Positions 18,154-29,912 are shown, numbered from the stretch's first letter. The stretch: DNA of 64,000 nt from an uncultured bacterium (GCA_949299395.1 CASGAB010000003.1:137-64136); one strand, 5' to 3'. Notes: a model not told the origin generated them from the letters alone. Numbers and translations: made by a program.

Positions 18154-20328
18154 ATGAAACGTGTTTTTGAAAAAGAGTTCTTCGGTAAAAAGTTAGTTGT
18201 AGAAACCGGAGAGATAGCAAAACAAGCAGATGGTGCTGTTTTTGTTAGATTAAATGATACTGTTGTTTTATCAACAGCATGCTGTAGTGACGAACCAAAA
18301 GAAGGAGATTTCTTCCCTTTAACAGTCACATACGAAGAAAAACAATATGCAATTGGTAGAATTCCAGGCGGATTCTTAAGAAGAGAAGGAAGACCTGGTG
18401 AACATGCTACTTTAACTGCAAGATTAATCGATCGTCCAATTCGTCCAATGTTTAGCGATGGATTTAGAAATGAAGTTCAAATTATTAATACTGTTATGTC
18501 AGTTGATTTAGATTCAACTCCAGAAATGACAGCTATGTTTGGTTCTTCATTAGCTCTTGGAATTTCAGATATTCCATTTGATGGTCCAATTGCTGGTGTT
18601 TATGTTGGTAGAGTTAATGGACAATTAATAATTGATCCAACAGTTAAAGAAAGAGAAGTTTCAGACCTTAACTTAGCAGTTGCTGGTACAAAAGAAGCAA
18701 TCAACATGGTTGAAGCAGGCGCTAATGAATTAAGTGAAGATGAAATGCTTGATGCAATTATGTTTGGTCATGAAGCAATCAAACAACTTTGTGAATTCCA
18801 AGAAGAAATCATTAGAGAAGTTGGAAAACAAAAAAGAGAAATTGAACTTTATACTCCAGATCAATCAATCGTTGATGATATCTATGGAAGAATTTATGAT
18901 CGTATGATCAAAGCAATTTCTATTTTTGATAAATTAGAAAGACAAAATGCAATTGATGCTTTAAAAAACGAAATCTTAGATGATTATGATAATCATGAAT
19001 ACAAAAAAGAAAAAGAACATAAAGCAGCAATGTTAATGGTCAATGATATTTTAGAAGGTATGGTCGCTAACGAAGTTAGAAGATTAATTACTGAAGAAAA
19101 AATTAGACCAGATGGTAGAAAAATCGATGAAATTCGTCCTTTAGATGCTCAAGTTGATTTATTACCAAGAGTCCATGGCTCTGCAATGTTTACAAGAGGT
19201 CAAACTCAAGTTATTTCTACTTGTACATTAGGCATTAAAGAAGATGAACAAATCTTAGAAAGCTTGTCTCCAGAAGATAGCAAAAGATGGATGCATCACT
19301 ATAATTTCCCACCATTCTCAGTTGGTGAAATCGGTAGAACTGGTACTCCAGGAAGAAGAGAAATTGGTCATGGTGCTTTAGGTGAAAGAGCATTATCATA
19401 CGTTTTACCAAGTGAAGAAGAATTCCCATATACAATTAGATGTGTTGCTGAAGTTTGTGAATCTAATGGTTCATCATCACAAGCATCAATTTGTGCATCA
19501 TGTATGGCTTTAATGGCTGCTGGCGTTCCAATTAAAAGAATGGTTAGTGGTATTGCAATGGGCTTAATTACTTCTGGTCCATTAGATGGTAACCACCCAT
19601 ATACAATACTTACAGATATTCAAGGTTTAGAAGATCACTTCGGTGATATGGACTTTAAAGTTGCTGGTACCGAAAAAGGTGTCACTGCTTTACAAATGGA
19701 TATCAAAATTAAAGGTGTTACAAGAGAAATCTTACATGACGCTTTAATGCAAGCTCATAAAGCAAGAGCAGAAATTAGAGAAGTTATGGCAAGAGCTATT
19801 TCTGAACCAAGAAAAGAATTATCTAAATATGCACCTAAATTCGTTACATTCTTTATCGATAAAGACAAAATTAGAGAAGTTATCGGTACAGGCGGTAAAG
19901 TTATTAACGAAATTATTGAACAATGTAATCAAGTTAAAATTGATATTACTGATGATGGTAAAGTCTCAATTTATCACACAGATGCTGAACAATTATTAAA
20001 AGCAAAAGAAATTATCCTTAATATCGCAAGAGTAGTAGAAATTGGCGAAGAATTCGTTGGAACTGTTACTCGTGTTGAAGATTTCGGTGCTTTCGTTTCA
20101 CTTTATGGTGATAAAGAAGGTTTATGCCACGTCTCAAAATTAGCTAATGGCTATGTTAAGAGCGCTCATGATGTTGTTAGAGTTGGTGAAACTTTAAAAG
20201 TTAAAGTCATTGGTGTTGATGAAAAGGGTAAAATCTCTGTTTCTCATAAAGAATTTGCTCCAAAAGTAGAAGGAGATAATTCTATAAATGGCGGAGATAA
20301 AAAGAAAAAAGGTTTCTTTAGAAAATAA
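18154..20328 (+). CDS. pnp: Polyribonucleotide nucleotidyltransferase (PNPase)
   Basis: Two RNase PH domains, then KH and S1 domains. The ATG at 18154 is preferred over the upstream TTG at 18136. Confidence 0.95.
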   Translation: MKRVFEKEFFGKKLVVETGEIAKQADGAVFVRLNDTVVLSTACCSDEPKEGDFFPLTVTYEEKQYAIGRIPGGFLRREGRPGEHATLTARLIDRPIRPMFSDGFRNEVQIINTVMSVDLDSTPEMTAMFGSSLALGISDIPFDGPIAGVYVGRVNGQLIIDPTVKEREVSDLNLAVAGTKEAINMVEAGANELSEDEMLDAIMFGHEAIKQLCEFQEEIIREVGKQKREIELYTPDQSIVDDIYGRIYDRMIKAISIFDKLERQNAIDALKNEILDDYDNHEYKKEKEHKAAMLMVNDILEGMVANEVRRLITEEKIRPDGRKIDEIRPLDAQVDLLPRVHGSAMFTRGQTQVISTCTLGIKEDEQILESLSPEDSKRWMHHYNFPPFSVGEIGRTGTPGRREIGHGALGERALSYVLPSEEEFPYTIRCVAEVCESNGSSSQASICASCMALMAAGVPIKRMVSGIAMGLITSGPLDGNHPYTILTDIQGLEDHFGDMDFKVAGTEKGVTALQMDIKIKGVTREILHDALMQAHKARAEIREVMARAISEPRKELSKYAPKFVTFFIDKDKIREVIGTGGKVINEIIEQCNQVKIDITDDGKVSIYHTDAEQLLKAKEIILNIARVVEIGEEFVGTVTRVEDFGAFVSLYGDKEGLCHVSKLANGYVKSAHDVVRVGETLKVKVIGVDEKGKISVSHKEFAPKVEGDNSINGGDKKKKGFFRK

Positions 20329-20349
20329 TTATTTTAAAAATTATTGATT

Positions 20350-20898
20350 ATGCTACATTTAATAGTTTCAGATATTCATGGAGCTAAATCATCAGCAGAA
20401 AAAATTGTTTTATTAGATAATAAGTACAATTTTAGTAATATTTTAGTATTAGGAGATGTCAACTATAACGGAGCTAGAAACGTTCCACCGGTTGATTATT
20501 CTCCTATTGATGTTACTAAAATTTTAAAATCGATCGTTTCTAAATGTATTTTTGTTAGAGGAAACTGCGATTCAAGAGTTGATGAATTTGTTTTAGAAAA
20601 AGAATTTTATGATCTTAAAAAAATGAAAATTAATGGTCATAATTTTGTTTTAACCCATGGTGATTTATTTAATAAAGGCAATTATAAAATTAAGAAAAAT
20701 ACAATATTTTTATATGGTCACACCCATATTTATGAATTAACAAAACTAGATAATAATCGTTTTGTTTTTAATCCTGGTTCAATTTCACTACCAAAAAATA
20801 ACAATCCTCGCACTTATTTAATTTTTGATGATGAAAAAGAAACATTTTCTTTATATAATATAGATGACGTTTTAGTTGATACATTATCAATGAAATAG
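20350..20898 (+). CDS. YfcE-like metallophosphoesterase (calcineurin-like phosphodiesterase)
   Basis: Motifs DIHG, GDVNYNG, GNCD, THGD and GHTH. Confidence 0.7.
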   Translation: MLHLIVSDIHGAKSSAEKIVLLDNKYNFSNILVLGDVNYNGARNVPPVDYSPIDVTKILKSIVSKCIFVRGNCDSRVDEFVLEKEFYDLKKMKINGHNFVLTHGDLFNKGNYKIKKNTIFLYGHTHIYELTKLDNNRFVFNPGSISLPKNNNPRTYLIFDDEKETFSLYNIDDVLVDTLSMK

Positions 20899-20930
20899 CT
20901 CATAATTTATTTAAAAATAAAGGAGTTTTA

Positions 20931-22622
20931 ATGGACAAAATTAAGATTTTGGCTTTAGGCGGATTAGATGAAGATGGTAAAGATCTTTATGTAATCGAGA
21001 TCAATAAAGATATTTTTGTTGTTGGGGGAGGATTTAAATATCCTTCAAAAACTACACCTGGAATCGATTTTATTATCGCTGATTTTTCATATTTAGTTGA
21101 AAATAAAGACCGCGTTAAAGCTTTTATTCTTCCTAAAGGAAAGAAAAATAATTATGGCGCAATCCCATATATTTATAAAGAAGTTCAAGCCCCAATTTAT
21201 TGTACTGCCCTTACAAAACTCTTTTTAGAAAACTTTTCTAAAGAATATTTACAAGAAAATGATTATGAATTCCATACAATTGAACTTCCTGCAACTTTAG
21301 AAATTGCAGGGCACAAGTTCCAATTTTTCTCAACCTGTGCTTCAGTTCCTTCAACATTTGGTTTTGCAATTAAAACAAATTTAGGAAATATCGTATATTC
21401 TGGTGATTTTATCGTTGAATATTCTAATGAAGCATCCTTTAGATTAGATTTAAATACATTAGGTAAAATTGCAGAAAATCCTACTTTAATTTTATTAAGT
21501 GAATCAGTTAATTCTCTTAAAAAAGGATATTGTTCACCAAATCATCGATTATATCCTCGTTTAGTTAATTATTTACATAATGCTGAAGGAAGAGTATTTA
21601 TCGCTGCAAATAGCGATAATTTATATCATATCGATGAAATTTTTAAAGCTTGTAATGAATGTCATCGTAAGATTTATCTTTATGATGAAACTTCAGCGGA
21701 ACTTTTTAAACTTCAAAAGATTAAAGATTTAAATCGTTATCCATCTAAAGACATTGTTTCTAAAGATGATGTTTTAAGAGTAAAAGATTCTTCACTTGTT
21801 ATTTTAATGAGTGATGAAAGTGAAAAAATATACGATAAAGTCTCACTTTTAGCTAATAATGAAAACGATGATAAGATTATTTCTTTAAAAGAAAGTGATA
21901 CTTTCTATTTAGCAGCAATTCCTTCAGATAATAATGAAATTATTGCTACTGAAACAATTGATGAATTATATAAAAGTGGATGTCATGTCCATTATGAAAC
22001 TAAGTCAACTTTAAATAAAATGCATGCTTATGAAGAAGATTTAAAGATGCTTATTTCACTTTTAAAACCAAAATATTATTTTCCAATTGAAGGATATTAT
22101 GTTTCTCTTTTAGCAAATGCAAAACTTGCTTTTGATATGGGAATTGGTTTATCACATTCTTCTATTTTCCTTCTTGATAATGGTCAAACATTAGTTTTTG
22201 AAACTGATAAAACTCCATCATTAGATTTTAATTATGATAATAAAATTATGATTGGAGATGTTATGATCGATGGAATTGGAGTAGGGGATGTTGTTAATGA
22301 AATTATTTCTGATCGAAATAGATTAGGCGAAGATGGAGTAGTTGTTTTAGGTTGTGCAATCTCAAAAAGCGAAAGAGATATTTTAGCAGGACCAGATATT
22401 CAAATGAGAGGATTCTTATTTTTAAAAGATAAAGATGCTGATCAAATGTTAAAAGATATTCAAAATATCTTTGTTTTAAATGTTAAAGAACGGCTTAAAG
22501 AAACAACTAATTTTGATGTTAATGAACTTGAAGATCGAATTGTTAGTATTATTAGAAAAATGCTTTTAAAAGATAATAATCGAAATCCAGTTGTTAAACC
22601 TAATATTGTTATTATTGAATAG
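20931..22622 (+). CDS. RNase J-family protein whose HxHxDH metal-binding motif is degenerate (probably inactive paralog)
   Basis: Aligns along its length to Bacillus RNase J1 (LGGLDEDGKD..., GIDFIIADFSYLVENKD). Where ITHGHEDHIG is expected, it reads ILPKGKKNNYG. Confidence 0.75.
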   Translation: MDKIKILALGGLDEDGKDLYVIEINKDIFVVGGGFKYPSKTTPGIDFIIADFSYLVENKDRVKAFILPKGKKNNYGAIPYIYKEVQAPIYCTALTKLFLENFSKEYLQENDYEFHTIELPATLEIAGHKFQFFSTCASVPSTFGFAIKTNLGNIVYSGDFIVEYSNEASFRLDLNTLGKIAENPTLILLSESVNSLKKGYCSPNHRLYPRLVNYLHNAEGRVFIAANSDNLYHIDEIFKACNECHRKIYLYDETSAELFKLQKIKDLNRYPSKDIVSKDDVLRVKDSSLVILMSDESEKIYDKVSLLANNENDDKIISLKESDTFYLAAIPSDNNEIIATETIDELYKSGCHVHYETKSTLNKMHAYEEDLKMLISLLKPKYYFPIEGYYVSLLANAKLAFDMGIGLSHSSIFLLDNGQTLVFETDKTPSLDFNYDNKIMIGDVMIDGIGVGDVVNEIISDRNRLGEDGVVVLGCAISKSERDILAGPDIQMRGFLFLKDKDADQMLKDIQNIFVLNVKERLKETTNFDVNELEDRIVSIIRKMLLKDNNRNPVVKPNIVIIE

Positions 22623-22647
22623 AATTATAAATTTAATAAAAATAAGT

Positions 22648-22679
22648 AAAATTCCATCATAAACGATGGAATTTTTTTA
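22648..22679 (+). terminator. Intrinsic terminator after the RNase J-like gene
   Basis: AAATTCCATC-ataaac-GATGGAATTT followed by TTTTT. Confidence 0.8.
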
Positions 22680-22702
22680 ATATTATAATTATAATATTAA
22701 CT

Positions 22703-25417
22703 ATGATTAATAAAGAAAAAGTTAATAAAATTAGTAACGAAACTGCTAAAAGTAGTATCGGTGTTTTTATATGTTTATTTGCAATATTTTTATCGCTTAA
22801 TTTAGCTCCTGTTTCAAAATGGGATATTTTTATTTATATAGCAAGATCAATCAATTGGATTATTTCATTTTTTGTAGGTGGAATATTTTCTTATATCATC
22901 TACTTTTTACTCTTTTTATTTGGTTTAAGCTTAATAATTTATCATCCTTTAAAAAAGAAAATAAGATTAGGACTTTTTATTAGTGGAGTTATTTTATTTT
23001 CGCTTGGTGGAATGATGCTTTTAAGTAATGGTATTAATTTATCGTTTTTAGAAGATGGCACTGCTTCATATTTAACTTTTGGTAATTTTTGCGATGTTTT
23101 ACTTAATAAAGTTGTTTTAACTGATGAATATTTTAGAATCAATATTACTGAAAATACTGGAATTATCGGTTTACTTTTAGTTGCAATTTTTAATGATTTT
23201 TTAACTTACGTTGGATCTTATGCAATTGGTTCAATTCTTTTTGTTGCTGGAACAGTTTTACTTTTAATCCGCCCAGTAATGTATTTAATTAAAAAGTTTA
23301 ATGAATATCGTAATTTCAATTATCAATATTCTCCAAAAAGTGCTTTTACTAAAGCAAAAGATATTACTTTAACAACAACCACAATTGATACTTTAGAAGA
23401 TGGCGATGATACAAATATTGAAGTAACTCAAGAAAAGAGTGTTACACCTTCTTTTATTGAAGAAGAAAAAGATGTTAAAAAAGAAATTTCTAAAGAAGAA
23501 TATTTACAAAGAATTGAAAATGAAAGAAGAGCTCAAGCTAGATTTAATGAACCTTCTAAACCAGAAGAACAATATTATGCTGGAGATCATTTTGAAGATA
23601 AGCCTTTAACAAGAGCTCATTTTGATGAAGAAGAAACTTTTGCCGATAAAGTTAGTTTTAATAAACCTTTAGCTTCACGACCTCAAAATAATTTTAATAA
23701 TGATGTTTATAAAGATCTTTATGAAGAACCATTAGTTCATGAAGCAACATTTAATAATGAAGAAGTAGCTCCAAAACCTATTTCAAATTATGATGTTCCA
23801 AAAGATGATGTTGCTGTTAAACCTACCTTTGGCTATATGGATGATTTAAATAAAGAAAATCAAATGAATGCTCCAAAAGCAAAACCAAGAAGAAAAATTA
23901 AGTATCAAGCACCTTCTTTAAGTTTGCTTGAAGATAGAACAACTCATGAGACTGATCAAAAAAATAAAGAAGTTGCTGAAGAAAGAAGTGATACAATCAA
24001 CCAAGTTTTAACTGATTTAGGAGTTAAAGCTAGAGTTGTTTCTTATAAAATCGGACCTTCTGTTACTCGTTATGATATTCAAACAGAAAGAAGCGAATCA
24101 ATTAAAGGGTTTGATTCATATATTAATGATATTTGTATTAGACTTGGTGGAGTTAATGCTCGTTTTTCGCCTATTGTTTTAGGAAAAACTACATCTGGTT
24201 TAGAAATTGCTAATGCTGTTTGTTCAATCGTTAATTTTAAAGATTGTTTACATAGTTTAAATCGTTTACCAAAAACAAAACCAACAAATATTCCTTTTGG
24301 TAAAGATATTAATAACGAACTTTTAACTGTTGATCTTCAAGAAACTCCACATTTACTTGTTAGTGGTACAACAGGTTCAGGTAAATCAATTTTTGTTCAC
24401 TCTTTAATCATGACTTTAATCATGAGAAATTCGCCTGAAAATTTAAAATTATTATTAATCGATCCTAAAACTGTTGAATTTAATAAATATCGTGAAATTC
24501 CACATTTATTATGTCCTCCGGTTGGAATTGATGATCCTCAAAGACCATATGAAGTCTTGCTTAAGATTTGCGATATGATGGAAGAAAGATACAATCTTTT
24601 TGCTGAAACAGATTGTTCAAAATTAAAAGAATATAATGAATGGGCTATTGCTCATGGAAAAGAGCCTTTACCAGTTATTGTCGTAGTTGTTGATGAATAT
24701 GCTGATTTAGTTGAATCTAATAAACGTATTAGTGAACCAGTCGTTAGAATTGGTCAAAAAGCTAGAGCTGCTGGAATTCATATGATTATTGCAACACAAA
24801 GACCATCAGTTAATGTTATTAATGGTGTTATTAAAGCAAATATTCCTTCAAGAGTTGCCTTACTTTCATCTTCATACACTGATTCAAATACTATTGTTGA
24901 TCAAGGTGGTGCTGAAAAATTAATCGGTAATGGTGATATGCTCATCAAATGCGCATTATTATCAAATACTTTCCTTATCCGTTGCCAAGGTGCTTATGTT
25001 TCTAATCAAGAAATTAAAGCAGTTTGTGATTATTTAAGAAATAATTATGATACCCAATATAATGAAGAAATCATGGATATTATCAATAAACCAGTAACTG
25101 AAGATCCAAATTTAATGGAAGCAAGCAAAGAATCACGCTTTGGAAGTGATGAAGATATTTATCAAGAAGTTAAAAAATGGGCGATGAGTGAAGAATATAT
25201 TTCAATGAGTAAAATTCAAACTACATTCTCAATTGGATTTAATAGAGCTTCTAGAATATTCAAACGTTTACAAAGAGAAGGAGTTGTTAGTAGTGATCCA
25301 GCAACTAATTCATCTAAAGGTAGTAAAGTTTTAATCCATAACTTTGATTATGCTGCTAGTAAACAAGAATATAATCATGGAAGTTATGATCAATCTACAG
25401 TAAAAAAGATTAACTAG
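22703..25417 (+). CDS. ftsK: DNA translocase FtsK/SpoIIIE
   Basis: N-terminal transmembrane domain, long linker, Walker A SGTTGSGKS, C-terminal gamma domain. Confidence 0.9.
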   Translation: MINKEKVNKISNETAKSSIGVFICLFAIFLSLNLAPVSKWDIFIYIARSINWIISFFVGGIFSYIIYFLLFLFGLSLIIYHPLKKKIRLGLFISGVILFSLGGMMLLSNGINLSFLEDGTASYLTFGNFCDVLLNKVVLTDEYFRINITENTGIIGLLLVAIFNDFLTYVGSYAIGSILFVAGTVLLLIRPVMYLIKKFNEYRNFNYQYSPKSAFTKAKDITLTTTTIDTLEDGDDTNIEVTQEKSVTPSFIEEEKDVKKEISKEEYLQRIENERRAQARFNEPSKPEEQYYAGDHFEDKPLTRAHFDEEETFADKVSFNKPLASRPQNNFNNDVYKDLYEEPLVHEATFNNEEVAPKPISNYDVPKDDVAVKPTFGYMDDLNKENQMNAPKAKPRRKIKYQAPSLSLLEDRTTHETDQKNKEVAEERSDTINQVLTDLGVKARVVSYKIGPSVTRYDIQTERSESIKGFDSYINDICIRLGGVNARFSPIVLGKTTSGLEIANAVCSIVNFKDCLHSLNRLPKTKPTNIPFGKDINNELLTVDLQETPHLLVSGTTGSGKSIFVHSLIMTLIMRNSPENLKLLLIDPKTVEFNKYREIPHLLCPPVGIDDPQRPYEVLLKICDMMEERYNLFAETDCSKLKEYNEWAIAHGKEPLPVIVVVVDEYADLVESNKRISEPVVRIGQKARAAGIHMIIATQRPSVNVINGVIKANIPSRVALLSSSYTDSNTIVDQGGAEKLIGNGDMLIKCALLSNTFLIRCQGAYVSNQEIKAVCDYLRNNYDTQYNEEIMDIINKPVTEDPNLMEASKESRFGSDEDIYQEVKKWAMSEEYISMSKIQTTFSIGFNRASRIFKRLQREGVVSSDPATNSSKGSKVLIHNFDYAASKQEYNHGSYDQSTVKKIN

Positions 25418-25428
25418 ACATTTTAATT

Positions 25429-25740
25429 ATGCCTATAGGAATTGATTTAACATATATACCTCGATTCAAAAATAAAGAAAACTTAGCTAAAAAAGTTTTA
25501 AATGATGAAGAATTAAAGCTTTATTATGAAGCAAAAAATAAAGAAGAATTTTTAGCTTCTCGCTTTGCTTTAAAAGAAGCCTTGATTAAATATTTAGAAT
25601 TAGATATATTAGCCATTGATTTGAAAGATATAAAAGTAAAAAAGAAAGAAAATGGAGCAATCTATGTTCTTTATAAAGATAAAATATATGATGCTTCGTT
25701 ATCTCATGAAAATGATTATTGTGTGGGGGTCGTAGTTTAA
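25429..25740 (+). CDS. acpS: Holo-ACP synthase (4'-phosphopantetheinyl transferase)
   Basis: GIDLTYIPRF and a C-terminal HENDY..GVVV-like sequence. 103 aa. Confidence 0.75.
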   Translation: MPIGIDLTYIPRFKNKENLAKKVLNDEELKLYYEAKNKEEFLASRFALKEALIKYLELDILAIDLKDIKVKKKENGAIYVLYKDKIYDASLSHENDYCVGVVV

Positions 25741-25741
25741 A

Positions 25742-27883
25742 ATGATTGATAACTATTTTGGAGCTAATTTAATTGATAAAAATACTATAAAAGTTGCATT
25801 ATTTTCTTCGGTTCAAAAAAATGATTCTGCTCCTATTAACTTAATTATTAACGATGAAAGAGTAGTTAAATTAGAAATCAAAAAACAAGTATTTTTAAAT
25901 GGAATTTCCATGTATACTTGCTTTTTTAATGAAGGATTTAAATTAGGAAATTCTTATAAAGTTAGTATTGAAAACTATGGTGTTGCACCATTATCTGTTA
26001 TTGAAGCTTTAGATTTTCCTTCTTTTGATGATGATTATTATTATCCTAATGATGACTTAGGTGTTACTTATACAACTGAAAAAACAACTTTTAAAATTTG
26101 GGCTCCTCTTGCTTCAAAAGTAGAGGTTTTAATTAGAAAAGATTTTGACAGTAAATATGAAGGTCATTATTTAAAAAGAGAAGATAAAGGTGTTTTCTCT
26201 TTAACTTTAGATGGTGATTATGAAGGATATCATTATATTTATTCAGTTACAAATAATGAAATTTCTGCTTTTACAACTGATCCATATGGAAAAGCATCTG
26301 TTGCTAATGGAAAAGAAAATGTAATTATTGATTTTTCTAAAACAAAAATCGATATGCACGAAGATAAATTACCAACCTATAAATCTTATTTAGATACAAT
26401 TATTTATGAACTTAATGTTAGAGATTATACAATCGATGAACACACTAATATCGAAAATAAAGGCAAATATTTAGGATTAACAGAAACCGGTAAAGTTACT
26501 AAATGTGGTCATAAAGCAGGTATTGATCATATTGAAGAACTTGGTGTTACTCATGTTCAAATTTTACCTATGTATGATTTTAAAACTATCGATGAATTAC
26601 ATCCTTTAGATTCATATAACTGGGGTTATGATCCTCAACAATATTTTGTACCAGAAGGAAGTTATTCTTCTGATCCAAATGATCCATATGCTCGAATTAT
26701 CGAATGTAAAAAAATGATCGCTGCATTCCACGAAAAGGGAATCAAAGTCAATATGGACGTTGTTTATAATCACGTTTATGAAGGATTATATTCAGCTTTC
26801 GAAAAAGTAGTTCCAGGTTATTATTTTAGAAAGAGAAAAGACGGAACTTTATGTAATGGAACAGGATGTGGCAACGATGTTGATAGTGAAAGACCAATGG
26901 TTAGAAAATTAATCACTGATTGCTGCAAATTCTGGACTGAAGAATACGGAATTGATGGCTTAAGATTCGATTTAATGGGGATTTTAGATGTCAAAACTAT
27001 TTTAAGAGTTAATAAAATTTGCCGCGAAATTAAACCTGACTTCATGGTTTATGGTGAAGGTTGGGATATGAATACAGAATTAAAGAGCGATAAAAAAGCT
27101 TCAATTTTAAATTCATTTAAAATGGAAGATATTGCTTTCTTTAATGATACATATCGTGATACCTTAAAAGGACCAAACGGAACCGATAAACTTAAAAGTG
27201 GTGGATATTTTACAGGCAATCCATCATATGTTGAAGGCTTTAAATTTGTATTCCTTTCTTCATCAGTTAATTTTGTTTATCCAGCAAGATTTATTAATGC
27301 TGCTCAATCAGTTAACTATGTAGAATGTCATGATAACTTCACGCTTTTTGATAAAGTTTCATCAATTTATGGAAAAGATGAAGAGAAGAAAGTTTTAGAT
27401 ATTATTAAACAAATTAATGGTACTATTTTACTTTCATTCGGTATTCCATTTTTCCATGCTGGTCAAGAAGTTGGTTTAACAAAATATTATGAAGATAACA
27501 CCTATAATATGGGTGATAAATATAATAAATTTAGATGGGATACATTAGATGCTAGATTTGATATGGTTACATATTTAAAATCGATGATTTATTTTAGAAA
27601 AAATATCTTCAAAATTAATGAAGAAAATCCTGAAAAAATTGGTAAAATGAATACCTTCTCAATTACAGATGGTGAACTTTTATCTGCAAAAATTAAATCA
27701 TTAGATAATAAAGAATATATCATTTGTTTTAACCCAACCGATGTTAGAAAAACAGTGATTTTAGACGATTATTATCTTTTAGTTTGTGGACAAGCTGGTT
27801 ATTTAAAAGGAAGCGATGTCCGTATTAAAACTTTACCAATTGAACCTCATTGTATTGCTGTTTATTTAAAAGAAGAGATTTAA
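25742..27883 (+). CDS. Type I pullulanase (glycoside hydrolase family 13)
   Basis: YNHVYE, GLRFDLMG and YGEGWD catalytic regions. N-terminal carbohydrate-binding-module-like region. Confidence 0.85.
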   Translation: MIDNYFGANLIDKNTIKVALFSSVQKNDSAPINLIINDERVVKLEIKKQVFLNGISMYTCFFNEGFKLGNSYKVSIENYGVAPLSVIEALDFPSFDDDYYYPNDDLGVTYTTEKTTFKIWAPLASKVEVLIRKDFDSKYEGHYLKREDKGVFSLTLDGDYEGYHYIYSVTNNEISAFTTDPYGKASVANGKENVIIDFSKTKIDMHEDKLPTYKSYLDTIIYELNVRDYTIDEHTNIENKGKYLGLTETGKVTKCGHKAGIDHIEELGVTHVQILPMYDFKTIDELHPLDSYNWGYDPQQYFVPEGSYSSDPNDPYARIIECKKMIAAFHEKGIKVNMDVVYNHVYEGLYSAFEKVVPGYYFRKRKDGTLCNGTGCGNDVDSERPMVRKLITDCCKFWTEEYGIDGLRFDLMGILDVKTILRVNKICREIKPDFMVYGEGWDMNTELKSDKKASILNSFKMEDIAFFNDTYRDTLKGPNGTDKLKSGGYFTGNPSYVEGFKFVFLSSSVNFVYPARFINAAQSVNYVECHDNFTLFDKVSSIYGKDEEKKVLDIIKQINGTILLSFGIPFFHAGQEVGLTKYYEDNTYNMGDKYNKFRWDTLDARFDMVTYLKSMIYFRKNIFKINEENPEKIGKMNTFSITDGELLSAKIKSLDNKEYIICFNPTDVRKTVILDDYYLLVCGQAGYLKGSDVRIKTLPIEPHCIAVYLKEEI

Positions 27884-27887
27884 AAAA

Positions 27888-28640
27888 ATGTGGAAATATT
27901 TTAAAGTTGTTATAAAAGTAATTTTCCCTCTTATTTGGGCATATTTTACATGTCTTTTACCATATTCAATTAATCCTACAAAAAGAATTTTAGAGTTAAG
28001 ATTTCATAAGGTGCAAAAGATTATTCTTAAGATTTTAAAAGCTTTTAATGTTGAACTTCACGCTGAAGATTTAGATGAATTTTATAAAAATAGAAACGAT
28101 AATGAAAATTATCTTTTTGTTTGTAACCATATTAGCGATATGGATCCATTAATCTTTATTGCTTTAGCAAAAAGACCGATAACTTTTGTTGCTAAAATTG
28201 AATCTAAAAAATTCCCATTAATCGGAAGAGCAGTTAAGATTTTAGAAGGCGAATTTATGGATAGAGATGACTTAAAACAAAGTTTAAAAGTTATGAGTAG
28301 AGTCCAGGAAAAATTAGCTGAAGATCGTAAATTAGATGTTATGATTTTTCCTGAAGGAACTCGTAATAAAGGAGATGTTTTTAAGACTTTAGATTATAAA
28401 CACGGTACTTTTAGACCAGCTTATAAAATAAATAGAAACGTTATTGCATTTGCAATTGGTGGAGATAATAAGATTTTAAGTGTTAAAGATAACTCAAAAA
28501 AATATGATGTTTATATTAAACAAGTTGCTTTATATTCTTCGCTTGATTATCAAAATAAAAAGACAACCGATATTGCTATCGATTGTCAAAATAAAACTAA
28601 TGTTGCTTTAATTGAAATTAAAGATAAATTAATGTCTTAA
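27888..28640 (+). CDS. plsC: 1-acyl-sn-glycerol-3-phosphate acyltransferase
   Basis: HxxxxD motif (CNHISDMD) and FPEGTR. Confidence 0.75.
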   Translation: MWKYFKVVIKVIFPLIWAYFTCLLPYSINPTKRILELRFHKVQKIILKILKAFNVELHAEDLDEFYKNRNDNENYLFVCNHISDMDPLIFIALAKRPITFVAKIESKKFPLIGRAVKILEGEFMDRDDLKQSLKVMSRVQEKLAEDRKLDVMIFPEGTRNKGDVFKTLDYKHGTFRPAYKINRNVIAFAIGGDNKILSVKDNSKKYDVYIKQVALYSSLDYQNKKTTDIAIDCQNKTNVALIEIKDKLMS

Positions 28641-29912
28641 TCCTTTTGGATAAAGATTTTTTAAAATACCTTTAACATATTTAATATAACCTAAATTTAT
28701 TCCTTTAAAAGATACAGTGTAGTATCCATCTTTTATGTTTAAATTTTTAGAGATAGTTTCGCCTTTAAGATATTTTTTCATTTCATCTTCATTTAATTTT
28801 ATTGAATTTTCACTTGATAAATAATGAGCCAAATTAAATGAAGGAATGAAGTAGTCTTTTTTAATTTCAGCGATATTTATTCCATATTTTATCAATGGAA
28901 TCTTTTTATTAAAAAAGTCAAAATTTGATCCATAAAGTTGATTCTTAATCGTTTTGCAATATTTAAAATTTAGATTTAAAGAATCAGCAATTTTATTTTT
29001 TTCTATTTTGTTTTCTTTAACTAAGTTAGCTTTTAATGTTCCTTTCTTTCTTAATTTAGCTATGAATTGACCTTCGCCTTTATAAAACATTGGAAATAAA
29101 TGAACTGTTTCTTTTAACTTTTCATAACGATATTCACCATCAAAATGAGGCAAATCAATTAATTCAATATCGTTTCTTTCTTTTAATAAACGAATAATAT
29201 TTTCTTCATTTTCTTCAAAAGAAAAAGAACAAGTAGAATAAATAAGTTCACCACCACCTTTTAATAAATCAATTGCGCGATTCAAAAGTTTATATTGAGT
29301 TGCTTGACAGGATAAAACTTTTTCATAGGTCCAATCATTTTTCATTTCATCCATTTTTCTAAACATGGCCGAACCACTACAAGGAGCATCTAAAATAATT
29401 TTATCAAATGCATTATTTAAAATATTTGGATCGCTTAAAAAATCAAAATTAATAACAATATTGGTTAATCCTAATTTTTCAACATTACTTGATAAAGTTA
29501 GAGTTCTTGAATGAGAAATATCGTTAGAAACGAGATTAATATCGTTATTTTTTAATGATAAATAAATGGACTTTCCTCCTGGAGCCGCACACATATCTAA
29601 AACTAAATCATTTTTAGAAACATCTAAAAATTCACTTACAAGCATGCTTGAAGCGTCCATTATATAGTAAGCACCATTATCAAAAAGATAGTTTTTTCCG
29701 AATTGATAGATATTTTTATCGTAATAGTAAACGTTATTTAAAAATGGATGTTTTTTAACTTCTGGAAACATTTTTAAAAACTCTTGATTAGATATTTTGT
29801 CGGTGTTTAAAACTAAAGAAGAAGTTCTTTCTTTTTGTAGTTCATCAATTAATTTATCAATCATCTCTTTTGATAAATATTTGGCTAAATGTTCGACAAA
29901 ATCCATCTTCAT
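28629..29912 (-). CDS. 16S rRNA m5C methyltransferase, RsmF/RsmB-like (NOL1/NOP2/Sun family)
   Basis: DMCAAPGGKS SAM-binding motif and DAPCSGSAMFRK catalytic Cys motif. 427 aa. Confidence 0.75.
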   Translation of the reverse strand: MKMDFVEHLAKYLSKEMIDKLIDELQKERTSSLVLNTDKISNQEFLKMFPEVKKHPFLNNVYYYDKNIYQFGKNYLFDNGAYYIMDASSMLVSEFLDVSKNDLVLDMCAAPGGKSIYLSLKNNDINLVSNDISHSRTLTLSSNVEKLGLTNIVINFDFLSDPNILNNAFDKIILDAPCSGSAMFRKMDEMKNDWTYEKVLSCQATQYKLLNRAIDLLKGGGELIYSTCSFSFEENEENIIRLLKERNDIELIDLPHFDGEYRYEKLKETVHLFPMFYKGEGQFIAKLRKKGTLKANLVKENKIEKNKIADSLNLNFKYCKTIKNQLYGSNFDFFNKKIPLIKYGINIAEIKKDYFIPSFNLAHYLSSENSIKLNEDEMKKYLKGETISKNLNIKDGYYTVSFKGINLGYIKYVKGILKNLYPKGLRH

